A DNA stretch of 62,747 nucleotides, filler included, from Globobulimina sp. (GCA_003354225.1; 33 parts of 33 records of this genome joined end to end with filler, not necessarily neighbours in it), one strand, 5' to 3'; positions 1 through 13,415 are shown, counted from the whole stretch's first letter. Notes: generated by a model from the sequence alone, not told the origin. Translations and numbers: made by a program.

Positions 1-941
1 TTTTTCTGGTCATTTCTGCAAAATTCTCTTGTAATTCTTGAAACTCTGGGAATATCTTAGCGACACTTTTAGGTAAAATCATATAATATAACTCTTTGAT
101 ATACACACTTCGATCTTGTATCTCAACGCCATCATTTCTTAATTTTTCAACATAACCATCCAAACCATCCGCATATATACGAAAATCATAATCACTCCCT
201 TTTGTTGCATCAAATAAATACGTTGGGATATACCGCTCCCCTTTGTATGGATTTGAGCTCCAACCCACAATGTACGAGCCTTGTAATACTACTCTAAAAT
301 TGAGTTCTTGTCCAAATTCTTTCTGAATTCGAGCTTTTGCCGTCTTAATGCTTTTAAATAATTCTTTTTTAAAGTCATTAAATAATCCAATTTTCATACC
401 AATAGGTTTTGTGCCGTTGACTGAACAGACAATATCTTCAAAGTCGAAGCCGTTGTTTCTTAAAATTATTTTAAATATTTCAATGTTATCTTCATACCAT
501 TTCCATCTTTTATTTTGAATGTCTTTCTGGTTTGCGGTCCTAAAATCACTTTCTGGTGATCCTATTTTGGATTTGAAGCGGTTTGTTTTAAACTCTTTTG
601 CTCGTTTTTGGAGATTCTATTCAGTATACACTGTGCCTGTTTATATTATTGATAAACACAAAAAACACAAATATTATACCTCTTCATTATCGATTCTTTG
701 AATGAGTTTATCCATTTGGTCATTATCTAACATGGCAAATAATGATCCAACTAAAACATCGTTAGCTGTATTCGCTAATGTCTCGTAATTATTTTTTATA
801 TTTTTAGCATTATAAATATTATCTGCTTTTTTGCCATCGTCATTCTTTTCATCTTTTACTTCTGATTTCTGTGTAACAAATCATTTTTGCGGTATTGTTG
901 TATTGAAGCTCTTCAAAACATAAACCAACCTGTTCTGCCAT
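1..941 (-). CDS. Pol-beta superfamily nucleotidyltransferase-like protein, 3'-truncated, 3 exons (941-930, 868-680, 616-1)
   Basis: Manual translation. ATG at 941, GT-AG introns 869-929 and 617-679, both phase 0. Reads MAEQ|KSEVKDEK...RIDNEE|NLQKRAKEF...RVVLQGSYIVG...KGSDYDFRIY and stays open to the contig edge. Absent from the ORF track. Confidence 0.7.
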
Positions 942-1072
942 TTTGCAGCAGGATTTTGTGCTAAAAAATAACAAAATTGCAACCTAAACTAAAAAAACTG
1001 AAGTTTAAATCTTTTCAACGAAAAGAATTATAATTTCCACGGAACCAAAAGAATTATTTACTACTCACAGAA

Positions 1073-1806
1073 CTATAATTTTATCCAATTATTTGCTTTG
1101 TCATTTACATTTCTACCATACAAAAATAATACAGCTTCTGGATTATCTCTCTTTGTATAAACATTCCATTTACAATTTTCAATTTCATGCTGGATTTGCT
1201 TTAATACCTTTGTCGGAAATATCTGTTTTGTTAATTTTCGGAATTCAATACGACGGAATTTCTTTTGATGTCTCGCCGAATCTCTTTTCGTTTCCAACAT
1301 ATATTCAATAAAGTTACGCCATAATTTGCTATTCATATTATCACTCAATTTAACCCCACAACGACTCAGATCGAATGATATGGACTGCGCATTTGGAAAT
1401 ATTTGAATCAAAGCAAATAAATCCACACTAAATAATTGTTTGTTGATAAACAAATCCGCATCACATATTAATTCCAAACATGACAACAACTCCTTACATC
1501 CATCCATTTGCTGCATCTCTGTACAAACCGCTATCAAATCTTCAGTTTGCTTAACTTTCACCTCTAACCGCTTCAAATGAGTCAAATAATAATCAATTGT
1601 TTGCAATAAATAATCTTTCTCATCGCCATCGCCTTTCTCCTTATTCCTCCTCAACAATTCACACAATTTCACCACAATAAACGGCGCCAATTCTACCAAC
1701 GCAGCGATATTAATATGACATTTGCTGCTCAATGCTTGCAATAACAACACAGGCTTTGTGTCAAAAGAACACCCGTTTAGCGAATTGTTGCAGGCCATGA
1801 AAGACG
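1073..1806 (-). CDS. hypothetical protein, C-terminal part
   Basis: 241-aa ORF starting next to the contig edge; no recognised domain. Confidence 0.6.
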
Positions 1807-1906
1807 NNNNNNNNNNNNNNNNNNNNNNNNNNNNNNNNNNNNNNNNNNNNTTAATTAATTAANNNNNNNNNNNNNNNNNNNNNNNNNNNNNNNNNNNNNN
1901 NNNNNN
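1807..1906. other. artificial contig spacer (first of 32)
   Basis: N-run + TTAATTAATTAA (stops in all six frames) + N-run, recurring about every 1.9 kb. Confidence 0.99.
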
Positions 1907-3712
1907 CCCTAGTATAGCACCCAGTGCTCCTCCCAGTTTAGCGCCTAGTTTGGCACCAAGCACAGCACCGTCATTGGCACCATCTGTAGCACCGAGTATA
2001 GCACCTAGTTTAGCGCCGAGTGTTGCTCCATCCATAGCACCTTCATTTGCACCCTCATACAGTCCCACTCCATCACCTACATTTTATCCCACCATTGCAC
2101 CAACACAGTATATATTTCCAGCTTTGCATTTAAATCAATATGGTATTGATACATTGGATCTATTGTTATTAATAAATATAGACTCAAAAGCGCGATGGAG
2201 GAAATTATTAATGCTTGCTGCCGATGATACATTTAGTGATACTCTCATTAATGATAAATTATATGTCGATGTGTATACCAATCCTAAATTCGAAATGCAA
2301 TTTATATTTGATTGCAGCGTAGAATTAGGATATTCTGCTTGTAATGTCGCTGATATTGCTACAATTAAATACAGATTTGGTGATATATTTGGTTTAAAAT
2401 ATTTTGAATCTACAAGTGTTGATTGTGTATTTGGATCCGGTCGAAGACGAAATAGAAGAATATTATCACAAAATGATATGCAAATTACTATCATTGTCTC
2501 ATTACAAGATTATGAAAAAACATACGGTATATCAACATTTTCATCCATGCCAGCAACTACCACGAAAATGGAACAAATTTTAATTGATATTGGTAATATC
2601 ACAGAAGCAGCATTGCGTAGTACGTCTCAACACACAAAAATTGAATCCCTGGTAATATCCTGGGAGAGCTATGATTATGTTGCCACCGATTTTGACGATT
2701 TTATAACTACAAATCATGATACATTTGCAAACAATATAGCCGCACGAATCAATATTAATGGCTTTACTGGCACTGATATAGTGATTAGTGATGGTACAAA
2801 GGGAACTTTGCCAATCGATAATAGCCATGCAATGAATAGTAGTGTCTGTGATTACAGCACCAACAATTATGCCGTATTTCCCATCTTTTATTCCAAAGTG
2901 GTGGGCACTGGCAATGTAGTTCAAATTGATTTTGATCGTGATACAAATTTAGGGAATGATGTTGGTAATAAAAACATACGCGACGTAGTTGTTAATTATA
3001 TATCCCAAGATTTGGGATACTCAGTGGGCGCATGGCAGGATCCACGCACTTTACTGTTATTTATTGGCTATGGGCCGTCCACTGTAAGTACAAGCAGTAC
3101 GTTTTTGATTAAAGATTGTGTGCGGGACGCCTGCTTTCTCGGTAGTACAGAATGCAATGACCAGAAACATAATACATCCATAGGTGAATCCGCAGAGTAC
3201 ACAAAGGTCATTCAAGCCAGGATAAGTGGCCCAACCTATATTGCGTCTTCATGCAAGTTAATGTTATCTGGCGAAATGAGTATTGGTCCTTTAGGTATAT
3301 TTCCGACGGCTCCAGCGGTGAATCCGGAGTATCCATTGTATCGCTGGAATGTATACAAACAAAATAATCAAATATTATTTGGTAACGATAGTGAGTCAAG
3401 AACATTGATTCTAACTGCAAATAATATGTTTGACTCCGGTGATTCATTAAATATCCAACTAATAACTACCTGGGCACAAGGCATGACTGCTACGACATGG
3501 ATTACTGCATTGATTGCCTATGAAACCACCACACCTGCAATCACAGGTATTTACTACATATCTATACACGTTTTAAATATTAATCTATTATATACACACA
3601 GTCGATGGTGGTTTGGTACATTATGTACAATATAAACAAAATGGCTTTGTTGTGTTCTCCATAACGTATGATTTATGCGGAAGTGTGACCGATGATAACT
3701 TGGTGGTTATAG
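1907..3712 (+). CDS. large surface protein fragment: (P-S-x-A)n mucin-like repeat followed by a PKD/REJ-like region
   Basis: Repeats PSIAPSLAPSVAP, a basic RRRNRRIL site, then a beta-rich region. Intron 3547-3601 restores the frame to the contig end (ITVDGGLVHY...). Confidence 0.65.
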
Positions 3713-3812
3713 NNNNNNNNNNNNNNNNNNNNNNNNNNNNNNNNNNNNNNNNNNNNTTAATTAATTAANNNNNNNNNNNNNNNNNNNNNNNNNNNNNNNN
3801 NNNNNNNNNNNN

Positions 3813-3988
3813 AAATATTCTTTGATTAGGAAATCAACTTCGTGCAAGTTATCGACCCAGGAGGTGTCGTACGGATTGTTGTATACGCCGTTTGGTGCGT
3901 GTTCCATGCCAGTTGCAGCGGGTGAACTGTTTTGGAAGTTGTTCAGGTTGTAATCTGATACTGACATTGCACTTTTACGTCGTGACAT
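3813..3988 (-). CDS. 5' fragment of hypothetical protein
   Basis: ATG at 3988 (MSRRKSAMSVSDY...), open to the contig edge. Confidence 0.5.
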
Positions 3989-4134
3989 GATGTTTGGTTT
4001 ACTTTAGTAAGGTTTTTATAGATATTTCAATGATGTTGTTAACGTTGGTGGGAAGAACCGAAAATACGATCAAAATACAAAGACAACAAAAAAAACAACA
4101 CATTTCACACGAATCACAACTCAAAAAACGTACG

Positions 4135-5618
4135 TCAATAAATAGCAAAGGAGTCATTTTTTTTCTGTTTCTGTTTATTTTTTGTTTTTTTAATTTGCTC
4201 GATTTTAGCAATAATTTCATCCAATTTGCTGACCCATTCTACATGCATATCCCTTAATATTTTCATTCTTTTCCTGCCTTCTTTTGGCGTTAATATTAAT
4301 TTTTTTAATTGTATGTTTTCTTGCGTTTGTGTGACGATATTATCTTCTTCGTCATCGGCGTGTGATTCGCGGATTTTTTTATGAATATAATTTAGTTTTT
4401 TCGTGATTCTTTCCACATAGTCGTTTAAAGGACGAATATCATCAAACGAATCCACCACAACTCTTCGATATTTGTCAGTATTCTGCGACATTTTAATACT
4501 TTTACTGGATCGCAATTGTTGCTGTTCGCCGATTACGCTGTGTTTACCCACTATTATCTGGAAAATAAATGAGATCGCCGCAGGGATTGCAAATGCTATC
4601 AATAACGGAACATAACACGCCACCATAAACACCCAAAATGAGCACACTTCAGATAAATATTGCAATCTCTGTACTTCATCGAAATGATCCTGCGAACAAA
4701 AAAAGGGCCGATAACATTCAGGACATAACTGTCCAACGCCCAATCTACGTAAACTTAAATGTTTATTATCATCCTCAGCATCGCCATGAGCACTGTTTGG
4801 CTTTTGTTTATACCCTTTTTTAGTGGCTCTATTATCGCCCAACATATTGCCTAATTTACCAATGTCATCTTCGTCTAATAAAATACCATAATATCGGAAT
4901 AAATTAGTAATTTGCTCAACATTTCCAACTTGGTCGCCATGGAAGAAATACCTGCAATATTTACAGTAATATCGGCCTGAACTGGTAATTGAGGAACAAA
5001 TGCCATGTGAATCTGCGTCAGATAATCGTTCCGTTAATATTTCTTTTTTTATTTTTAAAATGTCTTTCTTATGAATAAATTTTATTTCATCTGCAACCTG
5101 TACAAGTTACAAAACCTACATTTCTACAAATACAGCAAATGTGTAATCTACAAATTGTGTACCTGAATCTGTGCAACTTCCGAAGTATACGAATGCTGTA
5201 CATAGCCAGAATTCGCATCGCCGTTTTCGTCTTTATAACTAATAAAATCCCCGGCACTAAAAACATTTCTATTTACCGGTGTAAAAAACCAATCGTTCAA
5301 CATTTTCGTCCGTGCAGTACATACAGTGATTAATAAATCGATAATAAACCATATGAACATCAATGCGAAGGCAAAATAATCTGTCAATATTATATCATAT
5401 CATATCAATATGCAATGATATAAGTATCATAAAATAAAACTACATACTAAGAGGTGGTGGTATAAGTGATATATCTCTCGAAGCAGAATACGACTGCACA
5501 ACACGTGTGTAATTTACTTCTAACACAGACAATTCCAGCACCTCTTTAAATGTATTGCTCAACATCGCAATCAACAAATTCATCAATAATAAAAAGCCGC
5601 TGATCGACGCAAAAGACA
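4135..5618 (-). CDS. TRP-like cation channel, C-terminal part (S6, TRP-domain region, tail); 2 introns
   Basis: Manual translation: GFLLLMNLLIAMLSNTFKEV...SLIPPPL. Introns near 5381-5447 and 5098-5162 join this to the 4135-4845 ORF. Confidence 0.75.
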
Positions 5619-6166
5619 NNNNNNNNNNNNNNNNNNNNNNNNNNNNNNNNNNNNNNNNNNNNTTAATTAATTAANNNNNNNNNNNNNNNNNNNNNNNNNN
5701 NNNNNNNNNNNNNNNNNNAAAATGTGATGACCTACAATTTTGATGTATCATTAGCTTAAAAAAACTCACTTAATTATCACTGAACAGTTGGTCTCGTTTT
5801 CCTGCTCCTGCTCAAGAAGGGACGATTGGTGTGGACTATTAAGGATGGATGGCGTTCTTGTAATGGTTCATTAACCCATCGAGATGCTTTACCTTCGCTT
5901 TGTTGTGTGGGATCGTGGAATTTATTTTTTCTTGACATAATGTACAGTTGTTTGTTGAGAGAGGGAGTGAGAGGATTAGATAAATTTAAGTGAGCTAAGG
6001 CTAAATGTTGAAGTAAAGGTTTTTTTAAATAACAATTCTACACATTTACCACACAGTGCGATTTAAAAAAATATCGAGTGAAATGCGAAATTAATTGAAA
6101 AAATAATAAAAAGAAAAAAATAACTGCGAAAAAGCATAAATAAATGATAATAAAAACGTACATAGA

Positions 6167-7443
6167 TCAAACAGAATTATTTTGAAATTCATTCATATGC
6201 ATTAGCTTTAATTCACGTTGTTTGCTTTTTAAGCTTCGATAATAACAACAAAATACAGTAATATTAACAATTAAAAATACCACAAAAAAAGCCCATGAAA
6301 TAATGACAATGAGAAGATATTTAATATTATTACCATCCACATTGTCAATTCCATCACCTCCAAATAACACAAATTCCCTTATTTTATCACTACCATTCTC
6401 ATCCATCATTGTTCCCGATCCATTATCAACTTCCTTACCATCATAATCCGAGTCATTATCAACAACAACACCTACAGCCACATCATAATCATCCTCACTC
6501 ATTCCACACACAAATGGTATGCAAACAGCTCCGTTTAAATCCGACGCTATAATACCAACACCGGGAGAAACATCCGTTGCTGCAATATTTATAACCGTTG
6601 GAAGTGCCATATTATGAATACTTAATAAATATATTCCTTCTTTTTCCCCACTGCATGACATTAAAAAATAGCCATCTCCTCCAATATACTGCATAGCGGT
6701 GATTTTGTCATTCGTACAAAGTGCATCTGGGTCAAATATCGAGTATGCTCTTTCTATCTCGTTTTCAGTCCGGACATATAATACATATTCTTGTTGTGTT
6801 TCGGACGATATTCTATAAAATAAACCATTGTCAAAATTGAATGCCAATAATTCTCTACACTCTGCAGCACCGCATTTAAATTTATTCTTTCCATCCTCAA
6901 ATAATTGGGTTTCTGCTGTTTTTGTGTCAATGGTATATATATTTGTGTTGACAGAGTCAATTGCATATAATATGCCGTCGCAATCAAATGTCATTCCGCT
7001 AAATGTATCAATACTTAATACCTTTGCATTGTTTACAATCGTTACTGATGAAGTATCCCTGTTTAATGTGCCTAAGAATGTTGGTCCTATTTCAAAGTTA
7101 AAAATTATGAAAATTCTTGCAGATATTGGATCGATTGCAGATGTTACAAAATGTGGCATTTCGTCAGAAAAGCCAGGTGGAGGGTTGGTTACGGTGTAGG
7201 TTTGTTGCGTTATTACCGGCCCTGCATTGATAATGTCTGCAATATTGGTCGATTCGCGCAGTGATGTTATTGGGAGACCTGCGCATTCTGCATCAACTGT
7301 GTACAAATTAATATAATTATATAATAGTAAATCCTTTGTTTTTTTGTATTTAAGCTTTGCGTTTTTGACACACCAAATGCAAATTGTGCTGATATCAATG
7401 CAATATTTGTAAATAATACCAGCGTGATAACTAATGATAGCAT
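6167..7443 (-). CDS. single-pass membrane protein with signal peptide and probable beta-propeller ectodomain
   Basis: Signal-like exon MLSLVITLVLFTNIALISAQFAF, intron near 7298-7374, repeats such as SGMTFDCDGILYAID and LAFNFDNGLFYRI, C-terminal TM helix. Confidence 0.6.
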
Positions 7444-7623
7444 ATCGAATTGTTAGTTATAGTTAGTTGTGAGGATGAGGATGAGGATGATTTATGATTA
7501 GAAAATAAACTAAGAAAGTTTTANNNNNNNNNNNNNNNNNNNNNNNNNNNNNNNNNNNNNNNNNNNNTTAATTAATTAANNNNNNNNNNNNNNNNNNNNN
7601 NNNNNNNNNNNNNNNNNNNNNNN

Positions 7624-9428
7624 GAATTACCATCAATATTTAATGTATTAAACATGTTAACTATTTTGCGAGCATTGAATGTAATGTATAATGGTTTAAG
7701 ATATATCGGAGAGGAATTATTACAAATTAATTCTATTCAAACAATACGTATTGGCGGAACATTTGATTGCATCGCACCATTTATGTTTAATCGACAAATT
7801 GTAAATAAAATTAATGTTTTTCCCAAAGGATCAAAATGTAATTGTCCGGCTGCATTACTTAGAAACGATTCTGACGAATTTTGCGGCGATTGGAAATATT
7901 ATAAATCAAAATGTGTCCGAATTGGTGATAATAGAATGGAACACTGCGTTGCCACATTAACTCATAACGGAGAGTTATCAACGTTGACTGCTTTGGATTC
8001 ATTAGATTTATATGGATTTGAGCACATCGGTTATATTAATATCAGCAACAATTGTTTGACTGTACTACCAAATACATTTTTAAAATATTTCCCTCGATTA
8101 CGCATATTGGATATATCAAATAATTTTATATCATATCTTAATTCAAATACCTTTTCCGGTTTGGCACTAAATATATTAATTATTAATAATAACAATATTC
8201 AGTCCTTATCGCCATTAATATTTAGTGTGAGTTTAAATTATTTAAATCTGAAAAATAATTCAATTCATAGCATACCATCGTATGTATTTCATAATTTACC
8301 AGATTTACAATATATAAATCTTGCACATAATAATTTATACCAATTACCACCTGATTTCATGTCCAATTCAATGGTATTAAGCGATTTAATATTATCACAT
8401 AATAAATTAACCTCAATTAATAAACATATATTTGATGGTAAAACAATTGGAAATATAGATTTTTCCTACAATGAAATAAATATTCTATTATCTCATCAAT
8501 TTGATAATATTAAAGACATTGCTGTTCTAGATTTAAAATATAATAAAATTACAGGTTTGCCAAATCATGTATTTGCACCAAATATTAGTTTGGATGGTTT
8601 GTATCAATTAGATTTTACCGGTAATTCATTATATAACATCGCTCCATATTTTTTACCAAATGCGAAAAATTTAAATTTTTTAATGCTTGGAGAGAATTAT
8701 TTAACAAAAATCAATAAGAATTCATTTGAAAATTATATAAATTTAATTGAGTTAGATCTTCATTCAAATTCTTTTACAAAAATAACACATAAAATGTTTC
8801 CATTTTCATCGTCTATGATTAAATTAAATTTAGCGAATAATCCTTTATTGCAAATTGAAGATCAAACTTTTTATAACTTTCCAAATTTATTTTATTTAGA
8901 TTTGTCAAATTCACATCTTACAAAACTTGATGTTGATGACTTAAATGGGGTTCCTTTGTTGAAAGAATTAGATTTATCCTGGTGCCATTTAAAAGAATTA
9001 CAAATCAATCAATTTCGTCATTTAACAAATTTAGAAACATTAAAAATGTCAAATAATAAAATCCAATCAATATCCGGCTTAAATTTCGGTTCTGATTTAA
9101 CAAAATTAAGTAAAATTGAGATAAATAATAATCCATTTAAATGGATTGGAGATGAAACTTTTTCAAAGAGGTATTTACCAAATATACAATCACTGGATTT
9201 ATCGCATTGCAATTTAACATCTTTTCATATCGCAAATAATGCATTCAAAGATTCAAATATAATATCATTACAATTAGCGTACAATAATCTAATTTCATTG
9301 AATAAAAAATGGTTTCGGGGTTTAAAGCAATTAAAAAATTTAAACTTATCTAATAATCCAATTGATGGAATTAAATCTGATACATTTGATAATGTAATAA
9401 ACAATTTACAAGAGATGGATTTAAGAAA
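7624..9428 (+). CDS. leucine-rich repeat protein, extracellular type, partial
   Basis: About 20 LxxLxLxxNxL repeats across the whole contig. Confidence 0.92.
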
Positions 9429-9528
9429 NNNNNNNNNNNNNNNNNNNNNNNNNNNNNNNNNNNNNNNNNNNNTTAATTAATTAANNNNNNNNNNNNNNNN
9501 NNNNNNNNNNNNNNNNNNNNNNNNNNNN

Positions 9529-11332
9529 CAACAACAACAACAACAACAACATAGATATGCAACTAATAATACTCAAAATAGTGAGAGTAGCCAGAGTACA
9601 GTGTGGTGTCCCTATTATCAGTATGGATGTCGTGCTTATTTCCCCAAATCACAGATTCAAAACCATCTCCGTGCGTATTATAGGGAACATTTAATTATCC
9701 AAACTGCAGAAATGTACAAATTGGTTAATTTACTTATAACGACCATCAGTTCCTTCCCTACTTTTGATGGATTAATGTCGCAGCCACCAATTGATACAAA
9801 TAACCACACTGTCACCAACTCATTAAATTATTTATCTCAATACAACGCACATTTAGCATCACTAATGAATCAACAACAAAACACACAAAAACAACAACAA
9901 CAATGCGATGACCAAACAGCAAATAATAACTTATTAACCACCCATCCTCCCTCTACACTGCCCTCTGTGCCAATCAATTCACCAAATTCAAACCACAGCA
10001 ATAATAACAATATCAATGAAAATGATGGTCACGATGCAAAAAATAATGCAAATGCAACAGTTGCAGACGACGACATGGATGATATTAAGACAAATATAGT
10101 CACCAATGAGATGGAGAAGTTTGCGTCCAATCTACGTTTACCCCGACCACAATTACCCAGCACTCCATTAATGAACGACGTGGACAGAAACACGCCAGAA
10201 CCGCCCTGTCCCATTGATAAGTATCCGTGGATAATAAATGTATGCGGTCGCTCCGGCTTTAATTCCCAGATCAACGGAGACTATCATTTATTGCCCAAAC
10301 TGCATCGCAATAGAGCTTGTTACAAGAAATTGGGTTCGAGTTGGTGTATCCGATGGAATTCCACCAAATCTGAATGGCTGATTGACTGTGATGGACTAAA
10401 GGATGATGACATTGCTTGTGCGCGAGTACGAGAAGACTGTCTGCACCCTGCTCTAGTCACAAATACCTGGAAAGTATACAACAATCCACGCGATATTGCA
10501 GACAGCAATGTGGTGATTCAGATTGTGGCAGCCACGCGGATCAATGCTATCCATTATTGTAAGCAAAAGAATATTGAGTGGCCCAAGGATTTGATTGACG
10601 GTAAGGCGAATAACAGATATCATCCTATCCGACAAACCTCGCATAGCCGAGGCCGGGATGGGTTGCAATTGGAAGGAGAGGACGAAGATGATATTAAACA
10701 ATTGCATAGCATAGAGATTAATACATGTTCTGCATCGGCATCGGCATCGGCATCGTCTTATGATATGAATGCAAATAATATAAATAATATGAATGATGAA
10801 GAACTACAACAACAGAGACAGAGACATCAGGATCAATATTTAGAGTGTATGCCTACGCAACAAAATGGATATGTTAGCAATGTTGCACATAGTCAGAAGA
10901 ATAATAATCATCGGAATGCATGTGCGGGGACGGTTTTGTCCACTGTTTCTATACTAAATAATAATAAATATGCAGTTGTTAATAGTAATGATATCGATGT
11001 GAGTGTTGGTGTTGGAGCAACGACATTGGATGAAATGCATGTGAATAAGAATAAGAATATTAATGTTAATATAAGAAGTAAACCGCCATTAAAAAATAAT
11101 AATTTTATTGATCAACAACTGTTTACACAAAAGAAAAATAACGAGAATGAATCAAATAACAATAACAATAAGACAACATTTGCAAATGTTGTGTGTGCAA
11201 CACAGCAAAGAATAAAATCAAAAAAACATTGTACTAATATAAATTCAAAAAAACATATTAATGATAATAGTAATGCGTCTTCGAAAGCTGCGCGAAGGAA
11301 AAAAAGAAGAAAAAACAAAAAGTTTCAACAAA
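9529..11332 (+). CDS. N/Q-rich protein with TRAF-type Zn-finger-like motif and a Trp-rich globular domain, partial
   Basis: CPYYQYGC...QNHL...EHL motif; central INGDY...CY...IRW...WLI...P...W domain; low-complexity flanks. Confidence 0.6.
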
Positions 11333-11593
11333 ANNNNNNNNNNNNNNNNNNNNNNNNNNNNNNNNNNNNNNNNNNNNTTAATTAATTAANNNNNNNNNNN
11401 NNNNNNNNNNNNNNNNNNNNNNNNNNNNNNNNNTTAAACATTTTAAACTACACGGAAATTAAAAGAAATAAAAATTGTATATTTAATAAAAGAAAATCAA
11501 AATAAATATAGAAATAAAAATATATAGATATTTAAAAAAGAAAATAAAAATTACACATTGTCTCAAGCTCAAATTACAATTTATAACTTTCTC

Positions 11594-12996
11594 TCATTTA
11601 CTCATTAGATTTCTAACAGCAGCCTCGTCCATCACCATATCATTCATTTCTTCATTGTCATTAACATCATTTGTATAATTAATTGCTTTTATAATATCAC
11701 ATTCCGCAATGCGAATATCATCATAATTATAACCAGCTCCACCCGTACCTCCAACCACTGTTTCATTCAGAAACTTGATAATATTATCTTCCATTCCTTC
11801 ATTCAAAATACTTTCTTCGCCCATTTCTCCGTCAATGTCTTGTGTTATTACTCCGTCAATATACATCTTACTCTCTCCATCCACAGTAAGCTCTTTCTGT
11901 ATATGCATATAAATAATCTCCTTCCTACACCAATAACCTCCAAATAAGCATACGCAACACAGCAACAATAACGCACAAAAAACAATAAATTTTACTTCTA
12001 AATCCAACTCTAATGCACTCCGCCAAAAGTTTTTATGTCCGGATCCATCTATTTCTTGTACAATACCTTCAGTATCCATACTGGTTATAATTTGCACAAT
12101 TTCTGCACTCTGTGCATGCACAATTGATGTGGCTGCAATTGCTGTCATGTTCAGTACATTGGCTGTTGGTGTCAGTGAGGGTCTATTTGTTGGAGAGTGG
12201 CTTGGTGTTGTCGTAGGGGATTTTGTTGGAGATATAGTTGGTATAATAAATGTATTACATATTGTTGGTTCTGCACTGGCACAAACACTGCCGTTTGCTG
12301 CTACAATGCAGGAGTATTCAGAAGCATTTTCACCGCAAAAAACTCTCGTATTTGACTGAAATGTATAGCAATAATAATATATAATGAATAGAGAATATAT
12401 AATGTACATACTGCAGATACTGTGTTGAAATAAACATCATTCAATCCTTCCTCTGTATAAATATTAGTGTTTTCAATTTGATACAAAGAGGAACTGCCTT
12501 GAATTGCACAGATATTTTGTGTTCCGGCGGGTCCATTGCGTGGACAGTATATTTCCATATTACCACAATAATTTCTATTACCCCATGCGTCACAATTTGA
12601 TACTAATAAACTGTTTGAATTTTGAGCGTATATTGTTACTCCGTTGCAGCCACGTTCACAGTCTACAGCACAATCTTGGTTGGCTGGACAAATAATCACC
12701 GAATCGCAACAACCATACTTGCTCCCTGAACATGTGTAGACTGACAACAAATTGCGTTGCTGTTTACTCACATCATTTATTGGCTGCGTTATCAATAATC
12801 TTCGATTGGAATTATAGTAACAATCTACTGCGCAATCTCTATTGGCTGGACATGTGATAGTTGTGTCTCCGCAATAATGGTCACCATCACATCTGATATT
12901 ACATGGGCCTGAATCACTTGCGCATTGCGAGTGTGTTAGTTTAATGCATGTAATGGCACAAACAGATATTAATAAACACCAATGCAACATGATCAA
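11594..12996 (-). CDS. Cys-rich type I membrane protein with TxSP mucin stalk
   Basis: Signal peptide, repeated CPANxDCAVDC, intron 12356-12411 joining two ORFs in frame, PTxSPT stalk, TM helix. Confidence 0.8.
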
Positions 12997-13415
12997 CTGA
13001 TATAAAAAACTGCGGCTAAGTAAAGTCGAGTAAATTAATGTTGAATGGCATCAAGTTCTGTGAAACGTACTTTGAAAGGACACAAAAATAAATTTAAAAT
13101 TCCATAACAACGACACCTCAAACTTAACACTACTTAGATGATCATAATATTATCGACCATCAAAAAAATGCTTTAAAAATCTGTTCAATTTCACCCCGAC
13201 ACATTGGACATTTCGGATCATCCAATTCGTCATACACTNNNNNNNNNNNNNNNNNNNNNNNNNNNNNNNNNNNNNNNNNNNNTTAATTAATTAANNNNNN
13301 NNNNNNNNNNNNNNNNNNNNNNNNNNNNNNNNNNNNNNACCATATCACCATCAGAAACAAACGTGTGTTTTTATTGCAAACATTGTCAAATAAACATTTT
13401 CGTTTTTATGTCTAG

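Noticed and set aside
637-679. Alternative 43-nt intron using the CAG acceptor at 637
   Set aside because: That frame soon hits TAG near 562; only the acceptor at 617 keeps the long frame.
1859-2068. Antisense Gly/Ala-repeat ORF and many other short opposite-strand ORFs
   Set aside because: Shadows of real genes on the other strand.
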